A stretch of 64,000 nucleotides of DNA from a virus (taxonomy: Duplodnaviria > Caudoviricetes), in the IMG/VR virus record IMGVR_UViG_3300028886_000036, positions 192,001-256,000 of that record. The stretch is one strand, 5' to 3'. Every line of letters starts with the position of its first letter. Position 1 is the first letter of the stretch. Both the position numbers and the translations under genes were made by a program. The notes below the pieces were generated by a model. The model did not search any database. It was not told the origin of the DNA and saw only the letters and a list, made by a program, of their open reading frames with translations. Of the stretch, positions 10,306 through 18,491 are shown piece by piece.

Positions 10306-12176
10306 GGCATACCTACCATAATCATACTATTATTCAAGTAATCTCCAATCTTAACATTAGCAATCTTATCAAAAATTTTATTCTTATAAACCAGAGCATA
10401 AGTAAACAGTTCAATATACGATTCCTTAAAAATCTCTTGATCCCAAGAAAAGAATTTAACAGTTTCTTCAAATCTAATAATATGCTCTGCATAAACTGTT
10501 TTATCAGTATACTGAATAAGTTCTACCAAAATGTTTCTAGCCAAAGTATACATCTGTTCATTAATCAAAGAAACTAATCCTGCATTTTTTTCCTGCATAA
10601 CTCTATTAGACAAGTATCTAGTATTTGCATAATACAACAAGAGATAAATATCAGTAACTGCAGCTGTAAGACAATTAGCTTCTTCAGAATTGAGCTTCTT
10701 AAATTCAGAGTCATTTAACACGCAGAATTTATATTGATCCTTTTCCATTAAAAGATACTTATCAATAGTTCTAATATCCTTAGGATTTCTACCAACAGTT
10801 TTAATCAACACTTCTAGATACTTCTGTCCAAGCTGCTTAAATTCATCATCATTGGAAAACATTTCATGCCCATCAACAGCACACATTTCAAGAGCTTTAT
10901 AAGCTGAAATTGACAACTCATTAAAGTCTTTATCCGGATACTTATTGCTGTATTCATAAGTTGCCGCAAATACACTAATCGAATAGATCAAAGATGTACA
11001 GGGTATACCAATCATACCCCTATTAACCAACATAACAGGGATTGCTTCTGGATTAAACACTCCAGTTTTCTCAATAGCTTTAATAATACCTTTATACTTC
11101 TTTCTTCTGTCTACCTTATAAGTTTTAGCTAGACAATTCAGAACATCCTTATTAAGATAAACTTTTCTACCTTCCTCCAGTTCAGATTCCTCAATATAAC
11201 TAATTCCCATAACTGGCTCTATCACTTTATCTTCCTCCTTGGGATACAATGTAAATTCATCAACTACATTCCACCCATCTTTATCTCCAACCATTATACC
11301 ACTTTTCTGTTCAATTAGTCTATTAGTATCTGAATGATCTATCGCTTCATCAATCACATCATCCAAATCATTGATATCAAATACAACAGATTCCTTGTTC
11401 TCAGGAATAGATGAGTTATCCACAGGCTTATCCACAATATCCACATTATTAACTTCCTCAACTAAGGAAGTCATATCAATAGTAGACAGACTATTGTTAT
11501 CCCAATCCATTTCAGTATCATAATTAGATTTAGTTTCAATGTATTCCTTGTTAGTAAGTTTTTCAAGCAATCCAGTAATTTTATCAAACTTATCAATAAC
11601 CGAATTAAGTTTGTTATACTTATTGTTAGCTTGAAACATGAATACATACATAGCAATGTTTGAGGCAAAGTTGATTAAGAGCTTACTAATGGTTCTCATC
11701 TCCGCCCTAGACAGAATCATAGTAAGAGTATATTCAGCTTTTACAAACATTACTTTATACAAAGGAATACCACGATTATCAGTAACTGGAATAAATTTAA
11801 GGCTAAGTTTATCATTCAAAACCTTTTGAAATACTACTTTGTTAGTATACTTATTGGATACATACCAGCCATTACTAGTAAGTGTTTTGTTAAAATATTC
11901 TTTAATAGAACTAGCTTCACTATACAAATCGAATACAGTGCTTAACATCGCAGCATTACTTCCATTCAAACTAATCATTTGCTTAACATCATTCACATAA
12001 CTGCTTAAGCATAGCATAACATTGTATTTGTAGATAATGTTGGTAAATACTCCAATCTCGGCATAGATACCAACTTCAGTAAACAACTTATTAGTTAACG
12101 ACCCAAAATTGAAACCAAGTTTACTTTCTTCAATATTGAACCACTCAAACGAAGTTTTTTCTTTTAGATCTGACAT
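10290..12176 (-). CDS. hypothetical origin-adjacent protein (candidate initiator); contains internal DnaA boxes
   Basis: ~630 aa ORF, likely start MSDLKE after GGAGG; three DnaA boxes at 11416-11445. Confidence 0.55.
   Translation of the reverse strand: MSDLKEKTSFEWFNIEESKLGFNFGSLTNKLFTEVGIYAEIGVFTNIIYKYNVMLCLSSYVNDVKQMISLNGSNAAMLSTVFDLYSEASSIKEYFNKTLTSNGWYVSNKYTNKVVFQKVLNDKLSLKFIPVTDNRGIPLYKVMFVKAEYTLTMILSRAEMRTISKLLINFASNIAMYVFMFQANNKYNKLNSVIDKFDKITGLLEKLTNKEYIETKSNYDTEMDWDNNSLSTIDMTSLVEEVNNVDIVDKPVDNSSIPENKESVVFDINDLDDVIDEAIDHSDTNRLIEQKSGIMVGDKDGWNVVDEFTLYPKEEDKVIEPVMGISYIEESELEEGRKVYLNKDVLNCLAKTYKVDRRKKYKGIIKAIEKTGVFNPEAIPVMLVNRGMIGIPCTSLIYSISVFAATYEYSNKYPDKDFNELSISAYKALEMCAVDGHEMFSNDDEFKQLGQKYLEVLIKTVGRNPKDIRTIDKYLLMEKDQYKFCVLNDSEFKKLNSEEANCLTAAVTDIYLLLYYANTRYLSNRVMQEKNAGLVSLINEQMYTLARNILVELIQYTDKTVYAEHIIRFEETVKFFSWDQEIFKESYIELFTYALVYKNKIFDKIANVKIGDYLNNSMIMVGMPCLTY
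11416..11445 (+). promoter_or_regulatory. intragenic DnaA-box cluster
   Basis: TTATCCACA 11416, TTATCCACA 11428, ATATCCACA 11437. Confidence 0.65.
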
Positions 12177-12194
12177 TTTAATTCCTCCCATTTA

Positions 12195-12780
12195 TTTGTC
12201 AACGTAATTGTAACACACAATTTTTATCTGTCAAGTGTCACATCAGAAAAAGCTTATCCACAAGTTATACACAGGTTATCCACAATTTGTTATTTAGTTA
12301 CAATATAGTCAGTTCTAGTTAATTTTACTTTTTTAACATAGTTATCCACATATCCACAGCTCCTACTATTACTGAAAAATAATACATACTACTACGTAGT
12401 ATGTATTATTTTTGTAAAAACTGACTTTATAGCACTATAAAATTTTTTCTCCGAAAATGGTTATACCCTAAAAAAATGCAAAGCATACTTTTACAGGGTA
12501 TAATAAAGTCGGTCGTGTTTGTTTGCTAATAACAAACACTCCCTCCACTAGATAAACTCAGTCAAAGAAACAATTTGTATCAATCCAATTAACTTTAAAC
12601 TTGAACTATTGACAGCAATGAATAACCAGTGTATAATCCAAATTAATATAAAAACATGATTAACAGATTGGTTTAAAAATGCTTATGTGTTCCGCCCAAA
12701 AACACACTTGACAAATTGACCAACTTGTGTATATAATCATGTTAGCAAGATTGTATAATCTTGTACATTAAAAAATTTGG
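12195..12780. other. putative replication origin (oriC-like)
   Basis: gene strand switch; DnaA boxes at 12254, 12265, 12276, 12342, 12350; CTACTATTACT trio-like tract; 18-bp inverted repeat 12376-12414; divergent sigma-A-type promoters. Confidence 0.8.
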
Positions 12781-12792
12781 AGGAATGCTTCA

Positions 12793-13140
12793 ATGAATGA
12801 ATATAAAATTTTGTTTGGTTTTGCAACGGTAGATTTCAATGAGAATATTGGTATTGTAATTGATGAGACTGATGATTACCTTATTCTTAAGAAGCCTTAT
12901 ACGCTTATTAAGCAGCCTACTAGTAGCGGCTCTATGAGTGTTGCGTTTGTTCCATTTATGATGTCTGCTGGAGTTGGCGACGGAAACAATGTTAAAGTCA
13001 ACAAAACTCAAATAGCTTGGTCAATGGTTGAGCCAGATATAGACGAGAATCTGGTTAATAACTACATCACACAAACCACAGGTTTAGTTGTAGCTGGTTC
13101 AGATGTTAAGTCAGCTGCATCAAAACTTTTAGTCAAATAA
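12793..13140 (+). CDS. hypothetical protein, possible Sm-like fold
   Basis: beta-rich, LKKP...VAFVPFM pattern seen in T4-like phage small proteins; GGAGG RBS. Confidence 0.45.
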   Translation: MNEYKILFGFATVDFNENIGIVIDETDDYLILKKPYTLIKQPTSSGSMSVAFVPFMMSAGVGDGNNVKVNKTQIAWSMVEPDIDENLVNNYITQTTGLVVAGSDVKSAASKLLVK

Positions 13141-13145
13141 TTGAA

Positions 13146-13400
13146 ATGGACGGTAGAATATCTAACTACTACCACAACAATATAAGTAACATCTCGTCAG
13201 ATCCTGATCAGTTGTATTATAGAGCTGAAAATGCTATACAACTGCTAATAGATTATTGTTACACCAGAAATTGTGGTGAAGAAGAAAGGGAGAAATTGAA
13301 TGAGCTTTTAGATGCTTTAATTGAGTGTCATGAAAATAGCGAACTGGATTTTGTATATGATAACAACTTGGACGGTGAGGAGGCAATCTATAATGACTAA
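13146..13400 (+). CDS. hypothetical protein
   Basis: ORF track; coupled to the next gene. Confidence 0.6.
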   Translation: MDGRISNYYHNNISNISSDPDQLYYRAENAIQLLIDYCYTRNCGEEEREKLNELLDALIECHENSELDFVYDNNLDGEEAIYND

Positions 13401-14763
13401 TGCAATTGGATTTGTAAAATGTTATACAAATGATTCCAATTATAATACTAAAGTACTCTATAACGTTATAGATACTAACAAGTATAGAGGATCAAATCTA
13501 GCATTAGCTATTAATGACAAAACTACTACTGGTAAGGACATATCTAATTTCAAGTTGGATATTAAAACCAGTACAAACATATCTAAAGCTCCATCTAAAA
13601 ATAAAGAATCATCCTCATTATTAGGGTTTTATGATGAAGATCTTTTTACTTGCAAGAAAGAACCAAATGTAACACAGATGGGTAATGTATATTACCTAGC
13701 TACAGAAGGAAGTATTACTAATAAAGAAGAGTTATCTAACAGGTACAACTTTGATCAAAAATTAACCTGTACAGAGTTTCTTATGGCATATCTTAAAATG
13801 AACTTTCAATTATTCAATAATCCTAAAGATGCTATAATGGAAACTATTAAGTATCTTGAAGGTAAGTTCAGTTTTATACTATATATAAACCCTCTAAATA
13901 TTGTGTATTGGTATACTACTACTGAATTGTTCTTTAGAAAAGACGAGAATAAGTTTATTATTAGTTCGGATCAAGTTGATTGGGCAGAGGATATGAGATC
14001 TGATCATAAAGTGTTGTATATGAACTCTCTTGATTTTAATATGGTTAGAAGCTTTAAATCGCATAAGGATAAAACTGATATAGTCTACACATGTGTATTT
14101 GATAATACTATTGAATCAGTAGTTGCTATGTATACAGTTAAAGAGTTATTCAATCCTAAAAAGATTAATGTCATAACCAGTTATAAAAATTATCTCGATG
14201 TTCAACAAGCACTACAAAACGATGAAGTATTTAATGTAGTAAGAACTGAAATAGATAAACTTGCAGAGCTTCCAAGTGAAGATTATGATGTGTTTGTAGA
14301 TTCAATCAATATTAATTCACAGTACAGATTGATTTCAGACATTTATAAGATGCAATATAATGCTAATACTGAAGAACCCAATATGAAGTATTATCCAATA
14401 TTTAGAGAACTACGAATCACAGATATTGTAAAACTTGGAATTTATCTAAAGGTTCCATTTGGTAGATTTAAACTGTGTGAAAGAGAAGATAATGAATATT
14501 ATAATACCAATACTGATATGCTGTTTTATAACTGTGGTAATTGTCCTACTTGTATCAGAACAAAGTCTATCTTTGATAAAATTGGATATGATTTAAAAGA
14601 TACAGCTTTTGAAGATCCAGTTATTAAATATAAAGACCATAAGATTATTGACAATCTTAAGATAAAGAACTGTGAAAATTTTATAGATAACTGTATGGAT
14701 GATTTTGATTTTAGTGCTTTAGCAAATACCATAACAAAGGATGCCTTTAAATATGTTGGATAA
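13393..14763 (+). CDS. divergent glutamine amidotransferase-QueC-like fusion (catalytic motifs degenerate)
   Basis: Ntn-like RG..., G.ITN..EL, LEGKFSF; QueC-like YP...IVKLG..LKVPF...C...CGNCPTC.R; lacks the N-terminal Cys and SGGxDS; start after GAGGAGG. Confidence 0.55.
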   Translation: MTNAIGFVKCYTNDSNYNTKVLYNVIDTNKYRGSNLALAINDKTTTGKDISNFKLDIKTSTNISKAPSKNKESSSLLGFYDEDLFTCKKEPNVTQMGNVYYLATEGSITNKEELSNRYNFDQKLTCTEFLMAYLKMNFQLFNNPKDAIMETIKYLEGKFSFILYINPLNIVYWYTTTELFFRKDENKFIISSDQVDWAEDMRSDHKVLYMNSLDFNMVRSFKSHKDKTDIVYTCVFDNTIESVVAMYTVKELFNPKKINVITSYKNYLDVQQALQNDEVFNVVRTEIDKLAELPSEDYDVFVDSININSQYRLISDIYKMQYNANTEEPNMKYYPIFRELRITDIVKLGIYLKVPFGRFKLCEREDNEYYNTNTDMLFYNCGNCPTCIRTKSIFDKIGYDLKDTAFEDPVIKYKDHKIIDNLKIKNCENFIDNCMDDFDFSALANTITKDAFKYVG

Positions 14764-14971
14764 ATTTCGTGAGTACTTTTTTACTGTATTAGGTTTATCT
14801 TATGTATTACTAGAATCTATTATTGTGTTGCTTGTAGTGTTTGGGATGTTTGTTATAGCTATACTAATGACTATTTGTATTACTCCGTTAGCAATAATAA
14901 TAGGTATTTACAAATTACTAGAAACATGTTACTATAAGGTAAAGGGGAGATTTTTAACAGATGAATTATAA
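14750..14971 (+). CDS. small membrane protein
   Basis: hydrophobic ORF. Confidence 0.55.
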   Translation, partial: NMLDKFREYFFTVLGLSYVLLESIIVLLVVFGMFVIAILMTICITPLAIIIGIYKLLETCYYKVKGRFLTDEL

Positions 14972-15242
14972 TGTAATTACAGAAGCACTCTTATTTACCT
15001 CAGTGTGGATTCTAATATTAATGCTGATAGATATAGTTGAATTTCATTTCAAGAATAACCTAAATAAACTTAAAGGAATCAGTTATAAATTTGCAATGAT
15101 GCTTCTTTTTATCTGGTTTTTTGGATTGAGTCACAATGTGACAAACGACCCCTTGACAAATACAATTTCACAGTATATAATGCTCTTACACTTGAACTTT
15201 GCAGGATATATTGCAGGAGTTACTAAGTACTTGACATTTTAG
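14961..15242 (+). CDS. small membrane protein
   Basis: hydrophobic ORF with RBS. Confidence 0.55.
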   Translation: MNYNVITEALLFTSVWILILMLIDIVEFHFKNNLNKLKGISYKFAMMLLFIWFFGLSHNVTNDPLTNTISQYIMLLHLNFAGYIAGVTKYLTF

Positions 15243-15258
15243 AAAGGGGTAATTTAAT

Positions 15259-15423
15259 ATGAATCAGGAAGTTGAATTGAAAGTTGCATTGGCTAATGTG
15301 ATTAAGCAGGTTATCACAGACTGGCAAGATGATATTGGTTATGATTGGACCAATAAAGAATGTGCTAAATATGTTGCTAAGGAGATCCTTAAAAAGTTTA
15401 AAGTGGAGCCTATTGACAAATAA
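15259..15423 (+). CDS. small hypothetical protein (54 aa)
   Basis: AAAGGGG RBS, MNQEVELKVALANVIK... Confidence 0.55.
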   Translation: MNQEVELKVALANVIKQVITDWQDDIGYDWTNKECAKYVAKEILKKFKVEPIDK

Positions 15424-15616
15424 TGGATATTAAGTATAATATGTTTATTGCGGGTTTTGGAAGAGATCTAGAACCCAAAGAGGAAGAAAAGAAGCCAGTT
15501 ATTATTGGTAGAAATAAGTTTGTTTCATATTGTGTATCTAGAGCTAATCTTGGTACTAATACTAAAAGGTTTTTAAAAACACTTGACAAGTAATTTTTAT
15601 ATAGTATAATATCACC

Positions 15617-15720
15617 TAGAAATGCTAGTTTCCCTCCTCCCTGCCGTGTTGCGCGTCTTTGTTATACACTCCTTTACATTGTGGAGATCTTTTCTAGCAT
15701 TTCTGCTCCACTCCTTATTA
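15617..15720 (+). ncRNA. candidate C/U-rich small RNA
   Basis: TTGACA...TATAAT promoter at 15583-15610; AGAAATGCTAG/CTAGCATTTCT closing stem; several CTCC motifs. Confidence 0.45.
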
Positions 15721-15810
15721 TGTTTTAATACAGAACTATCTATAGCTAACTTAGTTAGAACCTCTAAAGAGAAGGTCTTGGTAGTTCTACTTCTTACTTT
15801 CTAACATCGC

Positions 15811-15904
15811 GGAGACGTGGGTGAGTAGTCGAAACCACTAGTCTTGAAAACTAGTATACCGTAAATTCGGTATCCCGAGTGCAAATCTTTCGGCGTCTCC
15901 GCCA
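15811..15904 (+). tRNA. tRNA-Ser(TGA)
   Basis: GGAGACG/CGTCTCC acceptor, CTAGT-CT TGA AA-ACTAG, long variable arm, CCA; T arm slightly irregular. Confidence 0.85.
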
Positions 15905-15953
15905 TATATTTGAACCTTATATAATTAAATAAATTTGAAAGGGGAAGGTTTGC

Positions 15954-16607
15954 ATGACTGAAACTATGACTGTGCATCAGGCACTTTGTGAAGTAAAGCT
16001 TGCTGATAAGAAGATTAATCAAATGTTTTCTAATGCTAATGATTTTACTGTGATTGGAGTTAATACTAATCCTGATAGTGCTAAAGCGAATGTTAAGGGT
16101 ATTGATCTTGATACCTTTATTAATAATGCTAAATCCAGCTATCAGAAGATTAAAGATATCTTCAATAGAGTAGATGCGATTAAAGCAGCTATTAGTAAAT
16201 CTAATGCAGCTACTATGATTAATGTTGGTGGTAAAACTATGTCTGTTGCAGAAGCTATTTATCAGATGAAGTATGGTATTAAGAATAAGAAGAATCTGAT
16301 TGCAAATCTGCAAAAGCAAAGTAGCTATGTCCAGATTTCTTTTAGAACTGCTGAAATGGCAGTTGAAGAAAAGCTTGAAAAAAGTGTAATTGCTCTCTTT
16401 GGAAAAGATAACATTAAAGCTAATACTGATGAAGTACTTGATTATAAAGACAAGTACAAGAAAAAGTATATGCCGGTTATTGTGGATCCTATCAATATTC
16501 AAGACGCTATTAATAAACTCTCTGAAGAGATTGATCAGTTTGAAATGAATGTTGATAGTGCTATTCAGGTTAGCAATGCTACTACTATGATTACTATTGA
16601 ATATTAG
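15954..16607 (+). CDS. helical protein resembling the DIP1984/septicolysin-like family
   Basis: MTVHQAL.EVK...KKI N-terminus, MSVAEAI, EIDQFE..VDSAIQVSNATT.I C-terminus. Confidence 0.55.
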   Translation: MTETMTVHQALCEVKLADKKINQMFSNANDFTVIGVNTNPDSAKANVKGIDLDTFINNAKSSYQKIKDIFNRVDAIKAAISKSNAATMINVGGKTMSVAEAIYQMKYGIKNKKNLIANLQKQSSYVQISFRTAEMAVEEKLEKSVIALFGKDNIKANTDEVLDYKDKYKKKYMPVIVDPINIQDAINKLSEEIDQFEMNVDSAIQVSNATTMITIEY

Positions 16608-16621
16608 GAGTTGTAATAGCT

Positions 16622-16756
16622 ATGGTTGATCCTAATACTGTTACTATTATTATTGGCTTTCTTTCTCTGGCTTGGTACATTGTTATTCTGTGCAATGTGA
16701 TTGGAATTAACAAATCTCTTAAAAAGTTAGTAGAATTGGAACTTACCAATAAGTAA
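16622..16756 (+). CDS. small single-TM protein (44 aa)
   Basis: AGGAG RBS; MVDPNTVTIIIGFLSLAWYIVILCNVIG... Confidence 0.55.
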   Translation: MVDPNTVTIIIGFLSLAWYIVILCNVIGINKSLKKLVELELTNK

Positions 16757-16772
16757 AACTTTGAACAAATAT

Positions 16773-17277
16773 TGGATATCTATCGAAAGTTCTAAACACT
16801 GAATTTCATAAGTTTTAGTGGGTTTCTTATGTAAAAGAAAAAACCCACTCCACTTATAAAGAATAACGACTGTATTGCACGCACAGCCTAAATTCTTCTT
16901 TATTTGCCTACCTGAACTGGGCTAGATAAAGAGATAAATGATCTTGTGAATCATTTACCCTATAAAATCGCTATGCTGATGAAGCCTAATTCAGCGGGAT
17001 TGAGTAGATGATTACTGATTATTCTTTATTAAGTACTGTTTAATTAGTAGTTAGAGTTCAAATAATAGGTGTGACTCGGCCTAACTTATCTAATACTTAG
17101 TAGAGTATGGATTGGATTTATAAGTGATACCTCTGAGGAAGTATCCTCCAGTCTTACAGTAGAATGTAAACATGCTCGCATTAATAAGCTAATGATTGAT
17201 GAAATCTAGGATAACAGGTCATAACTACTTGAATTCAGTTTTGAGTTTGAACAGACCTCCTAGCTGATAGGTATCCA
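16773..17277 (+). ncRNA. candidate large structured ncRNA (~505 nt)
   Basis: ORF-free; ends pair (TGGATATCTATC/GATAGGTATCCA, GTTCTAAAC/GTTTGAAC, ACTGAATTT/GAATTCAGT); many internal hairpins. Confidence 0.7.
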
Positions 17278-17348
17278 CTATTTATACACTTGACAGATAA
17301 AAATCTTATGCTATAATAAACTCATCCTAAATGAAAGAGGTAATGATT

Positions 17349-17489
17349 ATGGATCAGTTCATTAAGAAGCTTGAGAATGGTAATATTGAAAGAACTACTT
17401 TGAAATCATTTGTAGCTAAACTACAGAGACAAATCGAAGTTCAGAATGAAAACAAAGTAGTATTTGGTGATAACTTTAGGATGATGTAA
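17349..17489 (+). CDS. small hypothetical protein
   Basis: sigma-A promoter at 17290, GAGG RBS. Confidence 0.5.
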   Translation: MDQFIKKLENGNIERTTLKSFVAKLQRQIEVQNENKVVFGDNFRMM

Positions 17490-17494
17490 CTAAT

Positions 17495-17686
17495 ATGAAT
17501 ACAAATCTCTATCCTAGTAAAGATGAAGAACTTGCAGTACAAGTTAAATTTAAATTTTATGATGATTTAGTAAAGGATTCTGCTTGGATGCAGTTCGATG
17601 AATCTAATAATTGCTATGTATTTCATACTATGGCTTTTGGATGGATTAAGGAATCTGATGTGATTTCTTGGAAGATTCTACAGTAA
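17495..17686 (+). CDS. hypothetical protein
   Basis: ORF track. Confidence 0.6.
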   Translation: MNTNLYPSKDEELAVQVKFKFYDDLVKDSAWMQFDESNNCYVFHTMAFGWIKESDVISWKILQ

Positions 17687-17688
17687 TT

Positions 17689-17805
17689 TAATCTGTAGTT
17701 CAAATAGCAGAACATCACTGAGTAGTTTTATCTATGTATACTCCATGGGTATAATTAGGATAAAATGAAAGCTGAAGATGTTAAGTGTAAGTCTTAACCG
17801 GATTA
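17689..17805 (+). ncRNA. tRNA-like RNA with greatly extended anticodon arm
   Basis: TAATCTG/CGGATTA acceptor, GTTC/GAAC D stem, TTAAG-TGTAAGT-CTTAA T arm, ~60-nt hairpin in the anticodon position, no CCA. Confidence 0.55.
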
Positions 17806-17812
17806 ATTAATA

Positions 17813-17887
17813 TTCGGGATCGTCCAATAGGCAGGACAAGGGACTTTGGATCCCTTAATGGGAGTTCGAGGCTCTCTCCCGAAGCCA
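17813..17887 (+). tRNA. tRNA-Gln(TTG)
   Basis: cloverleaf, AGGGA-CT TTG GA-TCCCT, CCA end. Confidence 0.9.
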
Positions 17888-17897
17888 TTTTATAAAT

Positions 17898-17973
17898 TCC
17901 TGCGTAGCTCAGTCGGCGGAGCGAGTGACTGTTAATCACTAGGTCGTAGGTTCGAGCCCTACCGCAGGAGCCA
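17898..17973 (+). tRNA. tRNA-Asn(GTT)
   Basis: canonical cloverleaf, CCA end. Confidence 0.95.
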
Positions 17974-17984
17974 GTATTTATCAA

Positions 17985-18415
17985 GGTCTATAACACCTTG
18001 TTAAAATTTACATTTGCCTAAATCAGTGCTTAGGACTGAGAATCATATAAAGGCTGATCTCTATTAACAAGAGCAATTATCATTGTATAAAAGATTCTCA
18101 AAACCCTTGATGTGAAAGAGGAGAAAGGGTGTTAGTACATATATCATCCTCATATCGTTTTGAAAGTACTAAACTACTTATAAATCACACATAGTATATA
18201 CAAGTGTGAAGGTAATTCAGAATTGAGTTACTTTGAAAAGATGGCTTTAGTCTGTTAATTCTGTATATACTAACAGACCTAATCTTAGGGTCTTGGTAGA
18301 TTATAATAAGATGTCAGTATGTAATTGACAAAAGACGAGAGATCTGATATAATCCCTGGTGTAAGGTTTTCAGAATCTAGCTTTTTGAAGATCTACCATT
18401 TAGATATGGATACAC
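17985..18415 (+). ncRNA. candidate large multi-stem ncRNA (~430 nt) in the tRNA cluster
   Basis: ORF-free; stems TGAGAATC/GATTCTCA, ACCCTT/AAGGGT, TTAGTAC/GTACTAA, TCACAC/GTGTGA, GTCTGTTA/TAACAGAC, TGGTAGAT/ATCTACCA; ends approximate. Confidence 0.6.
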
Positions 18416-18491
18416 TTAATAATAATGATAAAAAAATATCTAACAAATAGTGAGAAATAAAATTTATTATTTGTTAGGAGGTCCAAAGTAA

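Noticed and set aside
15801-16502. 233-aa minus-strand ORF
   Set aside because: Antisense shadow of the 15954 gene and tRNA-Ser; I/F/N-rich composition typical of reverse frames.
17781-17984. 67-aa minus-strand ORF
   Set aside because: It is the reverse complement of tRNA-Gln and tRNA-Asn.
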